Below are positions 18,261-28,700 of a stretch of 64,000 nucleotides of DNA, piece by piece; the stretch's first letter is position 1; every line of letters begins with the position of its first letter. Both the position numbers and the translations under genes were made by a program. Under the pieces are notes generated by a model. That model worked only from the letters and a program-made list of their open reading frames with translations. It was not told the origin of the DNA and did not search any database. Source of the DNA: Candidatus Eiseniibacteriota bacterium (GTDB lineage: Bacteria > Eisenbacteria > RBG-16-71-46); contig CAVZLN010000006.1 in assembly GCA_963776245.1 (NCBI GenBank), forward strand, positions 576,001 to 640,000. The letters run 5' to 3'.

Positions 18261-21098
18261 ATGCCGCTTCGCTCCACCCTGCTGGCGCTCGCCCTGCTGC
18301 TCGCTCCCGCCCTCTCCCATGCCCAGGCCGCCGGCCTGCGCGGGAGCTTCAAGGACGCGGAGAGCGGGGTGCCGGTCGCCAGCGTCCAGGTGAGGCTCAC
18401 GAGCGTCACCGACACCAGCGACGTGCACCGCGTGACGGGCGGCGAGGACGGCTCGTTCGCCATCGGCGGGCTCGGCCTGCGCCGCTACCGGCTCGAGGCC
18501 GCGCGCCTCGGCTACGACACGCTCCGCACCGTGGTGCGCGTCACGATGCCCGACCAGGACGCGGGCGCGCTGTCGCTCAGGTCGCACTCCCTGCTGCTCC
18601 CGCCGTTCACGGTCTCGGAATCCGGCATCCCCGCGGTCCAGAAAGCGGACACCACCGAGTACCACGCCGGCGCGGTCCGGACGCAGCGCGACGCGACCGC
18701 CGAGGACCTGGTGCAGAAGCTTCCGGGCGTCACGATGGAGAACGGACAGATCAAGGCGCAGGGCGAACAGGTGCAGCAGGTGCTCGTCAACGGCCGGCCG
18801 TTCTTCGGCAGCGACCCCACTGCCGGGATGCGCAATCTGCCGGCCGAGGTGGTGGATCGCATCCAGGTCTACGATCGCATGAGCGACCAGGCCGAGTTCA
18901 GCGGGTTCGACGACGGCCAGGCGCAGAAGACCATGAACTTCATCCTGCGCGATCAGAAGGCGCGGTTCGGCAAGGTGTACGCGGGCTACGGCGATCAGGA
19001 CCGCTACCAGGCCGGCGGGAACGCCACGCTGCTGCGCGGCGGCACGCGGCTCACGCTGATCGGCATGTCGAACAACGTCAACGAGCGGAACTTCTCCCCG
19101 CAGGACCTGTTCGGCGCGATGGGCGGCTCGGGCGGCGGGGGCGGACCGCGCGGCATGATGATCGGCGGCGGCCCGCGGGGGCCCGGCGGCGGCGGGCGGC
19201 CTCCGGGCGGCCGCATGGGCGGCGGCGGCTTCGGGGGCGGCGCGTTCGACCCCGGCAGCTTCATGGTGGGCCAGCAGTCCGGCGTGAGCACCACGCACGC
19301 CGGAGGCCTGAACTACGTCGCCCAGCGGGGCCCTCGCCTGTCGGTGAGTTCGAGCGTGTTCATCAACGATGGCGAGACCGACAACCTGCAGCTCCTCGCG
19401 CGCCAGTACCTGCCGCCGCAGGACTCGCTCGCGGCCTACTCGCAGAGCGCCACCACCGCGAGCCGCAACCGCAACCAGCGCATCGACGCGCGGATCGAGT
19501 GGACGCCCGACTCGCTCAACTCGGTCATCTTCCAGCCGCGGCTCTATTTCCAGGACACCGACGCGCGCAGCGCCGCGAGCGCCGCGAACACCTCCATCGC
19601 GGGCGGCACGCTGAGCGCCGCGACCAGCGACACGCGGGACCGCAACGACGGCGACAACCTCTCGAGCCGCCTCACCCTGCGGCACCGCTTCGCGCGGCCG
19701 GGGCGCAACCTCTCGGCCGACCTCAATGCCGGGCACACGCTCCGCGATGGCGATGGCTCCCAGCGCTCGCTCACCGACTACTTCGAGGGCGCGACCACGA
19801 CCAGCGACACGCTGGATCAGCAGTCCGATTCGAGGACCGTCACCAACTCGCTCTCGGCCCGCGTCGCGTTCACCGAGCCGCTTCTCCCGCAGCTCAGGCT
19901 GCAGGCGATCTACAACCCGTCGCTCACGAGGAGCGTGGCCGACGCGCGCACCCTGCGCCTCGATCCGCTGAGCGGGACCCACAGCCTGCCCGACAGCGCG
20001 CACTCGAACTCGTACCGCAATCGGAACACGGCGCAGAACGGCGGGCTCGCGATGCTCTACACGCGGGGCCTGTGGAGGCTGCTGGCGAACGCTTCCTATC
20101 AGCAGACGCGACTGCGCTCCGAGCAGACCTACCCCGCGACCCACACCATCGACCGCACGTTCGGCAACGCGCTGCCCTCGCTGACGCTCACCGGGAACTT
20201 CGCCAACCGGCGGAACCTGCGCGTGGCGTGGAGCACCTCCACCACGTCGCCCACCATCGGCCAGTTGCAGAACGTGGTGAACAACTCCAACCCGCTGTCG
20301 CTCTCGACCGGCAATCCCGCGCTGCGGCCCACCTACACCCACGCGCTGTCGCTGCGGATCTCGGAAGCCACGCCGATGCGGTCGACCAGCCGGTTCCTGT
20401 TCGTGAACCTGTCGCGCACCGCGCGCACCATCGCCAACGCCACGTTCACCGCCCCGACCGACACCGTGATCGAGGGGGTGGCCCTCGCGCGCGGCACCCA
20501 GCTCACCCTGCCGATGAACCTCGACGAGTCGTGGAACGCGAACCTGTTCGGGGTGTACAGCCGGCCGACCCAGTGGGTGAAGAGCATCCTGAGCCTGAAC
20601 GGCGGCGGGTCGTTCACGCTCACCCCCACGCGGATCAATGGCGCCACCAACGCGAGCCGCGCGACCGCGGTCCGCAGCGGCGTGGTGCTGGCGAGCAACA
20701 TCAGCCAGCGGCTGGATTTCACCCTGTCGTACTGGGCCACCTACAACCACTCGCGCAGCACGCTCAGTTCGAGCCGCTCGGGCGACTACTTCACCCATAG
20801 CGCCGGGCTGAGGCTCAATGCCGTGGTCGGCTCCGGCGTGGTGCTGCGGGAGGAGCTGAACCACAACCTGCAGAGCGGCGTGCCGTCCGCCTACGGGCAG
20901 GACGTGGTGCTGTGGAACACCACGCTCGGCAAGAAGTTCCTGAAGGGCGAGCGGGGCGAGCTGCGCGTGACCGCCACCGACGTGCTGGAGCAGAACCGCA
21001 GCGTGAGCCGGAGCGTCACCGAGACGTACGTGCAGGACTCGCGCGACCGCACGCTCGGCCGCTACGTGCAGGCGGTGTTCACGTACTCGTGGCGGTGA
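18261..21098 (+). CDS. Outer-membrane beta-barrel protein (TonB-dependent-receptor-like) with N-terminal carboxypeptidase-regulatory-like domain
   Basis: Signal peptide; DTTEY, EDLVQKLPG, VNGRPFFGSDP, NLPAEVVDRIQVYD plug-like motifs; GNPALRP; C-terminal strand YVQAVFTYSWR; Gly-rich loop. Confidence 0.85.
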   Translation: MPLRSTLLALALLLAPALSHAQAAGLRGSFKDAESGVPVASVQVRLTSVTDTSDVHRVTGGEDGSFAIGGLGLRRYRLEAARLGYDTLRTVVRVTMPDQDAGALSLRSHSLLLPPFTVSESGIPAVQKADTTEYHAGAVRTQRDATAEDLVQKLPGVTMENGQIKAQGEQVQQVLVNGRPFFGSDPTAGMRNLPAEVVDRIQVYDRMSDQAEFSGFDDGQAQKTMNFILRDQKARFGKVYAGYGDQDRYQAGGNATLLRGGTRLTLIGMSNNVNERNFSPQDLFGAMGGSGGGGGPRGMMIGGGPRGPGGGGRPPGGRMGGGGFGGGAFDPGSFMVGQQSGVSTTHAGGLNYVAQRGPRLSVSSSVFINDGETDNLQLLARQYLPPQDSLAAYSQSATTASRNRNQRIDARIEWTPDSLNSVIFQPRLYFQDTDARSAASAANTSIAGGTLSAATSDTRDRNDGDNLSSRLTLRHRFARPGRNLSADLNAGHTLRDGDGSQRSLTDYFEGATTTSDTLDQQSDSRTVTNSLSARVAFTEPLLPQLRLQAIYNPSLTRSVADARTLRLDPLSGTHSLPDSAHSNSYRNRNTAQNGGLAMLYTRGLWRLLANASYQQTRLRSEQTYPATHTIDRTFGNALPSLTLTGNFANRRNLRVAWSTSTTSPTIGQLQNVVNNSNPLSLSTGNPALRPTYTHALSLRISEATPMRSTSRFLFVNLSRTARTIANATFTAPTDTVIEGVALARGTQLTLPMNLDESWNANLFGVYSRPTQWVKSILSLNGGGSFTLTPTRINGATNASRATAVRSGVVLASNISQRLDFTLSYWATYNHSRSTLSSSRSGDYFTHSAGLRLNAVVGSGVVLREELNHNLQSGVPSAYGQDVVLWNTTLGKKFLKGERGELRVTATDVLEQNRSVSRSVTETYVQDSRDRTLGRYVQAVFTYSWR

Positions 21099-21129
21099 AG
21101 CCGCGCGCCGGGAGCGCCCGGCGCGGCCC

Positions 21130-21672
21130 TCAGACCGCCAGCCGGTGCGAGGTCACCGCACCCGAGAGCAGTTCGTCGCCGAGTGTGAGGTAGAGCATGC
21201 CGTCGGCGACCGACAGGTCGAACGCCATCCGGCGCGCGAGGCGCGCGACCAGCGCGCCCACCAGCGCACGGTCGAGCCCGTACAGTTCGAGGGACTCCGC
21301 GCGGTGGATGCGCTCGCCCGCGAGCGAGGCCCAGTAGCGCGGGGCGTCGTGGTGGGTGTACACCGCCACGCGCGGCGCCGCCTTGCTCGCCCGGTGGAGC
21401 CGCGCGGCGTCCGGGGCGCCGATATCGATCCACGACCGCAGCGCGCCGGTCAGGTCGCGCACCTCGAGCGCCGGCTGGTCGGGCTCCGCGAGCCCCTTCG
21501 AGAACGCGAGGCCCTCCCGGTGCTCGATGCAGAAGGCGAGCACGCGGGCGCACAGGAACTCCTCGCTCTCGGACGGGTGGCGCGCCACGCGCAGGTCAAT
21601 CGCCTCGTACACGCCGCGGTCCACGTGGGAGAGTTGCACCGCGAACTGGTGGATGGTGGCGCCGAGGGCCAC
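21130..21672 (-). CDS. yaeQ: YaeQ family protein
   Basis: MALGATIH...LSHVDRGVY...VARHPSES...FSKGL..PDQPAL..RDLTG...WIDIGAPD..RLHRASK. Confidence 0.9.
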   Translation of the reverse strand: MALGATIHQFAVQLSHVDRGVYEAIDLRVARHPSESEEFLCARVLAFCIEHREGLAFSKGLAEPDQPALEVRDLTGALRSWIDIGAPDAARLHRASKAAPRVAVYTHHDAPRYWASLAGERIHRAESLELYGLDRALVGALVARLARRMAFDLSVADGMLYLTLGDELLSGAVTSHRLAV

Positions 21673-21674
21673 GC

Positions 21675-22271
21675 TCAGCGGCCCGACGCCATGCGCGTGA
21701 GCACGATCGGGGCCGGATAGCGGATCGGGCCGATGGACGTCTCGATGGTGGGCACCAGCTCCAGCCGCAGGTCCTTCCGCACCGTGCCCTGCCCGGCGAT
21801 GGCGACCGCGAGATCGAACAGGTCGCGCGCCCCCCCGCTGCCCAGTTCGAGCAGATCGAAGCGCACCGCCAGCGGCACGTCGGCCGAGCGGCCCGGCGGG
21901 ATGGCGACCGGGCTCGCCAGCCGGCCCTCGACCATCCGGCGGTCCTCGATGAAGAACGTCCAGCCGAGATCCACCATGCGCGCCGCCACCTTGTTCTCGG
22001 GCGGGTTGGCGGCGTTCGCGTGGACCACCAGTTCGAGCGGGGCGTGCCTCGCGACCAGCGCCGCGCCGAGGCGCGCCGCGTCCGCCAGACCGAGCGACGC
22101 ATAGCGCGCCTCGGGACCGATCGGGATGCCGACGAAGCGCACGTCGGACACGCCGGCGAACGTGAACCGGACCAGGCGCAGCGCCGCCATCTCGTTGAGG
22201 ACCGAGCAGCCGGGGACCACGAGCAGGGCGAGCAGCGCCAGCGGCGCGGCGATGCGGAGCGGGCGTGGCAT
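21675..22271 (-). CDS. Lipoprotein, LEA type 2 / WHy-like
   Basis: AGGAGG RBS; lipobox LVVPG-C; NP motif, IPPGRS.DVPL.V beta-sandwich pattern. Confidence 0.7.
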   Translation of the reverse strand: MPRPLRIAAPLALLALLVVPGCSVLNEMAALRLVRFTFAGVSDVRFVGIPIGPEARYASLGLADAARLGAALVARHAPLELVVHANAANPPENKVAARMVDLGWTFFIEDRRMVEGRLASPVAIPPGRSADVPLAVRFDLLELGSGGARDLFDLAVAIAGQGTVRKDLRLELVPTIETSIGPIRYPAPIVLTRMASGR

Positions 22272-22385
22272 GATGGCCTCCTGGAGGGATGGCGGTCGGG
22301 AACCCGTGACGGGCATGATAGCCGGTCGGGGGCGCGCGGGCGTCGGGCCCTGCATCCTCAACCCACGCCCGCGCGTAGTGCGGCC

Positions 22386-23420
22386 ATGTCCCCAGCACAC
22401 ACCACCCTGCGGGAGAGTCTCCAGGCCACCGGCATCCACCGGGTCGGCAGCCCGCGCGATGGGTTCCGCTACCGGGGCCCCGGCGGGACGCCCGTCCCGC
22501 TCGCCGTGCGGCAGCGGATCGAACGTCTGCGCATCCCTCCCGCGTGGCGGCGCGTGGTCATCGCGAGGGCGCCCGCGGCCCGCGTGCAGGCGATCGGGCT
22601 CGACGCCGCGGGGCGCTGGCAGTACCGCTACCTCGAGGCGCATGCCGCGCGCCGGTCGCGAGCCAAGTTCGAGCGGCTCGTGGCGTTCGCACGCGCGCTA
22701 CCGGCATTGCGGGCCCGAATGAGGCGCGACCTCGCGCGGCCCGGGATGCCACGCGAGCGGGCGTGTGCGACGGCGCTGCTCCTGCTGACCGCCGCCGCGC
22801 TGCGGCCGGGCAGCGAAGTGTACGCACGGGAAAATGACACCTACGGCATCGCCACGCTGCGCCCCCGCCACGTGACCGTGCGCGGCGACCGGGTGACCCT
22901 CGCCTTCCGCGGCAAGCACGGCGTGCGGCAACGGCACCCCCTGCGCAGCCGGCGATTGGCGCGACTGGTCCGCGAGATGCTGGCCCTGTCCGGGCGCGAG
23001 TTGCTCAAGTACCGCGACGCGCGCGGACGCCTGCGGGACCTGCGGCGCATCCACCTGAACGCCTACGTGAAGCAGGCCATGGGGGCGCGGTTCTGCGCCC
23101 GCGACTTCCGCACCTGGACCGCCACGCTGGTGTGCGCCGCGGCGCTGCGACGCGAAAGCCACGTACCCGCCGGGCAACGTGCGCGGGCCATCGGACGCGC
23201 GATCGCCGAGACCGCGCGCGTGCTGGGCAACACCGCGGCCGTGGTGCGCGAGTCGTACGTGCACCCGGCCGTGGTGGAGGCGTACCGGCGCGGGCGGGTG
23301 GTGGCGTGTGCGATCGATGGGCCGCTAGGGCTGGTGGATCGGATGCCGATGCGGCTGCATCCGGCGGAGCGGGCGGTGGTGCGGGTGATCAGGGCGACGC
23401 TGACGGTCGGCGGCGACTGA
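22386..23420 (+). CDS. Bacterial DNA topoisomerase IB
   Basis: RIPPAW, GRWQYRY, LRPGSEVYARENDTYGIATL, FRGKHG, RDFRTW, LGNT...SYVHP (catalytic Tyr). Confidence 0.92.
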   Translation: MSPAHTTLRESLQATGIHRVGSPRDGFRYRGPGGTPVPLAVRQRIERLRIPPAWRRVVIARAPAARVQAIGLDAAGRWQYRYLEAHAARRSRAKFERLVAFARALPALRARMRRDLARPGMPRERACATALLLLTAAALRPGSEVYARENDTYGIATLRPRHVTVRGDRVTLAFRGKHGVRQRHPLRSRRLARLVREMLALSGRELLKYRDARGRLRDLRRIHLNAYVKQAMGARFCARDFRTWTATLVCAAALRRESHVPAGQRARAIGRAIAETARVLGNTAAVVRESYVHPAVVEAYRRGRVVACAIDGPLGLVDRMPMRLHPAERAVVRVIRATLTVGGD

Positions 23421-23464
23421 CTGTCCCCGGCCATGCGTACGGGGTCGCCTCTGGCCGCGGCGTC

Positions 23465-24409
23465 CTACCCTCTGAACCTCTCCGCCAAGTGCCACTCGAG
23501 CCACTCCTTGCTCGGATGGTCTTCGGGACGCGCGGGCATCCGGATCTCCTGCCCGTGGAGCGGGTAGTAGCTCCGGCCATTCGAGAAGTCGTCCTTGAGG
23601 CGCTTGCTCACGACGAAGCGGCGGTCCGGAGTCACTCCGACGTAGCCCCTGTCGAACAGCCGGTGGATATCACTGCGGAGCAGTAGGCCATTCGGCACTT
23701 CGTGCGCGCCGCCATCGCCATAGGGACGGATGTGCGCGGCCTCGAGCGCGGGCAGCGAATGCTCGGATGTCACCGCGCACGCTCGACCATAGGCATCGGT
23801 GACCGAGATCCTGAAGATGCCCTGCCCGAGTCGTGGGCGCACGAGTGCCGGCTCGCCATAGCGGACCTCTGGATAGACGGGGACCGATCCGCGATCCGCG
23901 ACCATCGCGTCAAGACCCACGCGCGCCTGGCATTCTCGCCAGACTCGAGCTCCTTCCCCGGCTTGAAGGTCGTAGGCTTTGCCCTGGACGACGTTCTCGG
24001 GCCAGTCGGCCGGAGGTGGAACCCATGCATCGCGCGGCAGGAACACTGGCTGTGCAAGCATCAGACAGCCGATGGGGTAGTCACCGCTGTCCGCCGCGCC
24101 ACCACCACCATCGCGCCGCAGGCGCCCTATGCGTTGGCGCATCTCGGCGAACGTCGCCGCTCCGTTCTTGGTCTCGAACGCATCCCACGCGTAGTAGGCC
24201 GGCAGCACGTCGTGCTTGGCGAACAGGCCCCATCCGACGATCCAACCACCGTGCCGCTTCCGCAGCTTGAAGATCACCGGCATGCCGGACTTGAGTTGCT
24301 GAGGCGTGCGGGTGTCGCTGGGCCTCCAGAAGTTGACCTCGTCGAGGTCGGGCTGGCGGCTCAGGAACTGGAACCAATCGTGGTCGGTGACGAGGATGAC
24401 CCCGCGCAT
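23465..24409 (-). CDS. HNH endonuclease with N-terminal putative DNA-recognition domain
   Basis: RLGQGIFR...AYGRACAVT...LEAAHIRPY...NGLLLRSDIHRLFDRG...LEWH; N-terminal VTDHDWF...EVNFWRP domain. Confidence 0.9.
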   Translation of the reverse strand: MRGVILVTDHDWFQFLSRQPDLDEVNFWRPSDTRTPQQLKSGMPVIFKLRKRHGGWIVGWGLFAKHDVLPAYYAWDAFETKNGAATFAEMRQRIGRLRRDGGGGAADSGDYPIGCLMLAQPVFLPRDAWVPPPADWPENVVQGKAYDLQAGEGARVWRECQARVGLDAMVADRGSVPVYPEVRYGEPALVRPRLGQGIFRISVTDAYGRACAVTSEHSLPALEAAHIRPYGDGGAHEVPNGLLLRSDIHRLFDRGYVGVTPDRRFVVSKRLKDDFSNGRSYYPLHGQEIRMPARPEDHPSKEWLEWHLAERFRG

Positions 24410-24523
24410 GGTGTCGGATGGTAGCTCATCGCACCCCTTGAACCCCATCTCCCCTCCGCGCTATCGTCCCCCCATCGACTCCGATTGTCCCCCGGCGACG
24501 ATCCTCCACAGGAAAGGGCGCGC

Positions 24524-25660
24524 ATGAGTTCCGGTCTCCATGGCATGCGCCTCGCGGGTATCTCGGCCCATGCGCCGGATCACGTCTGGAGCAACGCCCG
24601 GGTCGCCGCCCGACTGCGTCTCGAACGCATGCGGGCACGCGCCGCGGGCCACGGCGATCTGACAGACGAGGAGGCCAAGCTCTTCGAGACCAGCGATCGC
24701 TGGGTGCGCCGCTTCATCGGCTTCACCGAGCGGCGCTTCTGCAACGAGGGCGAGGGCACCATCGATCTCGCCACGCGCGCGGCCCGCCAACTGTTCGAGC
24801 GCTCCGGCGAGGACCCGGCCGAGGTCGACGCGATCATCGTCGCCAGCGTGACGCCCTCCCACCTCTACAGTCCGCCGGACTCGGCCTTGCTCCAGCGCGA
24901 ACTGGGCATCCCGGTGTGGTCGGGCCCGGTCCCGCGCGAGATCAAGGGCGCCGACGTGTCGCTGGCGTGCAGCAGTTGGGTGACCTCGCTGATGTTCTGC
25001 TACTCGCTGATCCGCGCCGGGATGGCGCGGCGCATCCTGCTGGTGGGCGCCGACCGCATGAGCGCCGCGATCAACTGGCGCGACCGCAGCTTCGCCACCG
25101 TGCTCGGCGACGCGGGCACCGCCACGCTGTGCGACGCGGTCCCCGCGGCCGAGGACTGGTTCTCGCCGACGCGCTTCTGGAACTGGCTCGACGGCGGCCG
25201 GGCGGACATCATCCTCACGCCCGCCGGCGGGTCGCGCCGGCCCGCTCCCCTGCCGGAGGAGACCGCCGCGGGCAAGCATCGGCTGGCGATGGACGGCGCC
25301 GCGGTGCGCGACGTGCTGGTGCCGTTCACCGGCGGGCCCGCGGTCGATGCCGCGCTCAATAAGGCGGGATGGCGCCTCGAGGACCTCGACCTCGTCACCC
25401 TGCATGAGGCCAACCTCACGCTCAACGCCTCCATCGTGAAGATGTGGCGCGAGCGCGGCTTCCGTGGCCGGGTGCTGGATGCCGGGGGCCGCTTCGGGAA
25501 CACCACCAGCGCCTCGATCCCGCTGGCGCTGGCGCTCAATCCCACCGAATTGTCGCCGGGACGCAAGTTCGGCCTGTTCGGCTTCGGCGGCGGCCTGTCC
25601 GCGAGCTTCGCCTTCGGCACCATCCAGCATCCGCTCCCGGCCTGGAGCGACCTGGACTGA
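24524..25660 (+). CDS. 3-oxoacyl-ACP synthase III (FabH-like)
   Basis: Cys-His-Asn triad: LACSS, LHEAN, FGNTTSASIPL; also GDAG and GFGGG. Confidence 0.88.
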   Translation: MSSGLHGMRLAGISAHAPDHVWSNARVAARLRLERMRARAAGHGDLTDEEAKLFETSDRWVRRFIGFTERRFCNEGEGTIDLATRAARQLFERSGEDPAEVDAIIVASVTPSHLYSPPDSALLQRELGIPVWSGPVPREIKGADVSLACSSWVTSLMFCYSLIRAGMARRILLVGADRMSAAINWRDRSFATVLGDAGTATLCDAVPAAEDWFSPTRFWNWLDGGRADIILTPAGGSRRPAPLPEETAAGKHRLAMDGAAVRDVLVPFTGGPAVDAALNKAGWRLEDLDLVTLHEANLTLNASIVKMWRERGFRGRVLDAGGRFGNTTSASIPLALALNPTELSPGRKFGLFGFGGGLSASFAFGTIQHPLPAWSDLD

Positions 25661-25780
25661 CGCCGCGGGGCCCCCGCGTGGGCCGCACGACCGGCGCGCG
25701 AAAGCCTGCTAGGATGCCCCTGCCGCCTCCAATGGGGCCGCGGATTCCCCTGCGGCCCGTTCCGGAAGGACGGTCGGCTG

Positions 25781-28700
25781 TTGACCATCGCCCACCACCC
25801 ACAGCTGCGCGTCACCCGTGGCCCGCCGGGCGAAGCGCGCCTGCGGCCGATCGGTCTCGACTCCAGTCCACTCCACGGTGAGCTCCTCGGCGTCGAGCGC
25901 CTCGAGGAGCGCGCCCGGGCGTTGGCCGCGGAGTTCACGCTCTCGCGCGACCCGCGGCGCGGACCTCCCCGGTTGCTGCGCCGCCTGTCCGACGACGCGC
26001 GCGTGCTCCGTCTCGCGTACAGCACGCTCGCGGGGGACGTGAGACGCGGCGAAGCCAGCACGCCGGCCGCCGAGTGGTTGCTCGACAACTTCCACCTGGT
26101 GGAAGGCGAGTTGCGCGAGATCCGCCACAGCCTGCCGACCCGCTTCTACCTCGAGCTGCCCAAGCTGGCCACCCGCGGGCTGGCGGGCGCGGCACGCGTG
26201 TACGCGATGGCCGTCGAGTTGCTCCGCTACAGCGATGCGCGACTCGACGCCCAGCGGCTCGACCGGTTCATGAACGCCTACCAGAGCGTCGCCCCGCTCA
26301 CCATCGGCGAGCTGTGGGCGTGGCCGAGCATGCTCAAGCTCGCCCTCATCGAGCACCTGCGCCGGCTCTCCGAGGAACTGCTCGAGGGCCGCGCCGGTCG
26401 CCATGAGGCCGACCGTTGCTTCGCCGCCTTCGAGACCTCGCGGCCGAGCGGGCGCCCGCCGCCGCTTCCCGCGGTCCTCCACGTCGCGTTCGTGGACCAG
26501 CTGCTGCAGCGCATGCGCGAATACGGCGCCGGCGCCGCCGAACTGCGCAAGCGGCTGGAGGAACGCCTGGATGCCGCGGGCGCCACGGTCGAAGACGCGG
26601 TGCGCGCGGAGCACCAGCGGCTGGCCATGAACCACCTCTCGATGGGCAACTCCATCACCAGCCTGCGGCTGTGCTCCAGCCTCGACTGGAGCGAGTACGT
26701 CGAGGGCGTGAGCCTGATCGAGCAGATCCTGCGGCGTGATCCGCCCGGCCTCTACGCGCACATGGATTTCGCGAGCCGCGATCGTTACCGCCACGCGGTC
26801 GAGGAGCTGGCGGAGCCGAGCGGCGAGGCCCAGGTGCGAGTCGCCCTGCGCGCGGTCGCGAGCGCGCGCCAGGCAGCGGAGACGCCGGGCGTCGACCCGC
26901 GCGCGGCACACGTGGGCTACCACCTGATCGGAGGCGGCCGCCGCGGACTCGAGGGCGACGTGGCTCATCACCCGCCGCTCCGACAACGCCTGCAGCGCTT
27001 GATCTTCGAGTACGCCACCCCGCTCTACCTCGGCTCGATCGCCCTGCTCACGGGGCTCGGCGTGGCGACCGCTGTGGCGGCGGCACGGGTGGGGCCGGTG
27101 CCGAACTCGATGTGGACGTGGGTGGGGTTGGTGGCGCTGATCCCGGCCAGCGAGTTCGCGGTGGCGCTCATGCACCGCGTGGTCCACCGGCTGGTGGGGC
27201 CGGTGCTGATGCCGCGGCTCGACCTGCGCGGCGGCGTCCCCGAGCCGGCCCGCACCATGGTGATCGTGCCGACCCTGATCTCCTCGGTCGAAGGGGTGCG
27301 GGCGCTGGTGGAGCGCCTCGAGGTCCACGCCCTCGGCAATCGGGACCCGCACATCCACTTCGCGCTGCTCACCGACTTCCCGGACGCCGCGACCGAGCAC
27401 CTCGCCGGCGAGGACGAGGTGCTCGCGGCGGCGGTCGCGGGGATCGAGGCGCTCAACACGCGCTACGCCCCCGACACGGCCGACCGCTTCTACCTGTTCC
27501 ACCGCGCCCGCCGCTGGAACGCCCACGAGGGCGTGTGGATGGGCTGGGAGCGCAAGCGGGGCAAGATCGAGGAGTTCAATCGGCTGCTGCGCGGCGCCAC
27601 CGACACCAGCTTCTCGGTGCAGCTGGGCGAGCCCGGGGTCCTGTCGCGTATCCGCTACTGCATCACGCTCGACAGCGACACCCGCCTGCCACGCGACGCG
27701 GCGCGCCAGCTGATCGGCGTGATCGAGCATCCGCTCAATCGCCCGCGGTTCGACCCCCGGCTGAGGCGCGTCGTCGAGGGCTACGGGATCCTCCAGCCGC
27801 GCGTCAACGTCACGATGTCGAGCGCCGCCGGCTCGTTGTTCGCGCGTGCTTACGCCGGCCACACCGGGGTCGATCCCTATACCACCGCGGTGTCCGACAC
27901 CTATCAGGACCTGTTCGGGGAGGGCAGCTTCACCGGCAAGGGGCTGTACGACGTGGAGACCTTCGCCGCCGCGCTCGAGGGCCGGGTGGCGGAGAATGCG
28001 GTGCTCTCGCACGACCTGTTCGAGGGCCTGTTCGCGCGTTGCGCGCTGGTGTCGGATGTCGAGGTGGTGGACGACTTCCCCTCGAGCGTGCTCGCCCACG
28101 CGCGGCGCCAGCACCGCTGGGTGCGCGGCGACTGGCAGATCCTGTTCGGTCTGCTGCCGGTGGTGCCGACGCGGCACGGCCTGGAGCGCAACCGGCTGCC
28201 GCTCATCAGCCGCTGGAAGATCCTCGACAACCTGCGCCGCAGCCTGGTGGAACCGGCCCTGGTGACCATGCTGGCCTCGGCGTGGACGTGGCTCCCGGGC
28301 TCGCCGCTCGGCTGGACGGTGGCCGCGCTGGCGGTGCTCGGCTTCCCACTGCTCCCGCCGGTGGTGCACTTCGTCGGCGGCCCGCGCCCGCAGCAGCCGT
28401 TCGGCGTGTTCCTGCACGACGTGTGGGCGGAACTCAAGGCCGCCGGCGCGCAGGTGCTGCTCCAGATCACGCTGCTCGCCAGCCACGCCTACGAGATGCT
28501 GCACGCCATCGTGCTGACGCTGGTCCGCTTGGTGATCACGCAGCGCCGGCTGCTCGAGTGGGAGACCGCGGCGGCGACGGCGGCGCGCGCGGCCGGGCTG
28601 CTCGCGAGCCAGGGCCCGCGGGTGTTCGTCACGGAGATGTGGGCGGGCCCGGCGGCCGCGCTGCTGGTGCTGCTCGGGGTGCTCCCGCTGCGCGCCAGCG

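Noticed and set aside
19120..19260. Gly-rich low-complexity stretch
   Set aside because: In-frame flexible loop of the outer-membrane protein; not an independent element.
16195..20864. Long minus-strand ORFs opposite uup and the outer-membrane barrel gene
   Set aside because: Antisense shadows of well-supported genes.
22386..24409. TopIB + HNH as a prophage or integrative element
   Set aside because: No integrase, structural genes or convincing att sites; TopIB is not a tyrosine recombinase here.
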